This document shows positions 63,075-64,000 of a DNA stretch of 64,000 nucleotides, piece after piece. Source of the DNA: Felis catus. Lineage: Eukaryota. A program made the translations under genes and the position numbers. The stretch spans positions 137,642,001-137,706,000 of the forward strand of contig NC_058368.1 in the NCBI RefSeq assembly GCF_018350175.1, read 5' to 3'. The notes under the pieces are model-generated. The model made no database searches and was not told the DNA's origin. It saw only the letters and a list, made by a program, of their open reading frames with translations. How positions within the stretch are numbered: position 1 is the first letter of the stretch; each line of letters begins with the position of its first letter.

Positions 63075-63132
63075 CATTTGTTTTTAAAGAGAATGGTGGG
63101 GGGCATTTGTTTTTAAAGAGAATGGTGGGGGG
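63075..63132. repeat. Perfect 29-bp tandem duplication
   Basis: catttgtttttaaagagaatggtgggggg x2. Confidence 0.95.
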
Positions 63133-63441
63133 AATAGAGATGTTGAAGCAGTGGGAGGCATTTTTATTTTTGTTTTTGTGTTTTCACAAGGGAGCCCTAA
63201 ATATATTGAATTTCTGGTTCATCGCAGTTCTTAAAGTTGTTTCTTTGGGATTACTGTCTTCTGTGAGGTTCTTCATTCCGCCAGTCCTCCAAGGTGGTTA
63301 AAAAGAGAGACAGCAAGAAAAAGTCACACTTCCTTTAGAATCTAAATATTAGAGTTCGTGAGTAAACGGAGACAGGTTTGTGTGACAGCTCTCATCAATT
63401 AATCCCTCATAGTGATTTCAAACTAAAATAGAAGGCAAGTT

Positions 63442-63666
63442 GGGGTGCCTGGGTGGCTCAGTCGATTGAGCTTCTGACTTCAGCTCAGGTCATGGTCTTG
63501 CAGTTTGTGAGTTCGAGCCCCGTGTCGGGCTCTGTGCTAACAAAGAGCTCAGAGCCTGAAGCTTGTTTCGGATTCTGTATCTCTCTCTCCCTCCCCCTCC
63601 CCGCTCATGCTCCGCCTCTCTCTGTCTCTCAAAAATAAATAAATGTTAAAAAAAATTAAAAATATT
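63442..63666 (+). mobile_element. Can-SINE (SINEC_Fc)
   Basis: TSD taaaatagaagg(c/g)aagtt. Confidence 0.95.
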
Positions 63667-64000
63667 AAAATAGAAGGGAAGTTGGCAGTCTGCAGGTTCA
63701 AAGATGTCTAAAAGAGAATGCCCAGAGCCTATGTATTGATTGAACGGGGGGACAAGTCAGGATACCAGTGTTAGCAACACAAGAGTTAGCTCGAGCAAAG
63801 TCGAATGAAGCTGAGGCAAGTGCCCAAAGCAGGTTATTCACTTGGGCAAAACCTTTTCAGCTCAGGTAAGGGAGAGGAGGGAGGCAATGGAATAAAAGCA
63901 GCCAATACTATTCTAAGCACTTCACATGGATTCATTCAGTCAGTCATCGTAAAAACCTACGATGAAGATATTACGGCTCCGGTTGTATGCACAAAGAGAC

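Noticed and set aside
9805..63638. Recurrent similar short ORFs (MAQSVKRPTSAQVMIS...)
   Set aside because: Translations of Can-SINE copies, not a gene family.
1..64000. CRISPR array, operon or other prokaryotic or viral system
   Set aside because: No regularly spaced repeat-spacer array, no gene-dense segment and no retroviral gag/pol/env remnants recognised. The direct repeats I found are explained by TSDs, microsatellites or short duplications.

Overview
Mammalian genomic DNA from a felid. The lineage call rests on about 28 tRNA-derived Can-SINEs, many of the feline SINEC_Fc type, plus carnivore L1 3' ends. The only supportable protein-coding gene is the two-exon TMEM174 on the + strand (CDS 3181-3806 + 3997-4102, 243 aa, two transmembrane helices, three PPxY motifs). 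The remaining ~59 kb is non-coding and, by human synteny (TMEM171-TMEM174-FOXD1), is the start of the gene desert leading to FOXD1. It holds three gene-less CpG islands (~35.4-36.1, 48.4-49.4 and 50.6-52.7 kb) inside SINE-free blocks, AT-rich candidate enhancers and candidate CTCF sites. It also carries a dense transposon record (SINEC, L1, L2, MIR, MLT1 LTRs, Charlie/MER5/MER33/MER45 DNA transposons). The most unusual observations are: two ~650-bp L1 3' fragments with almost the same 5' end and shared diagnostic bases; repeated re-use of the same target site (triple TSDs) at three loci; a TSD-flanked tail-only insertion; and an open reading frame into the TMEM174 intron. No prokaryotic system, CRISPR array or RNA gene is present. 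Repeat subfamily names come from recall of consensus sequences and boundaries are approximate.
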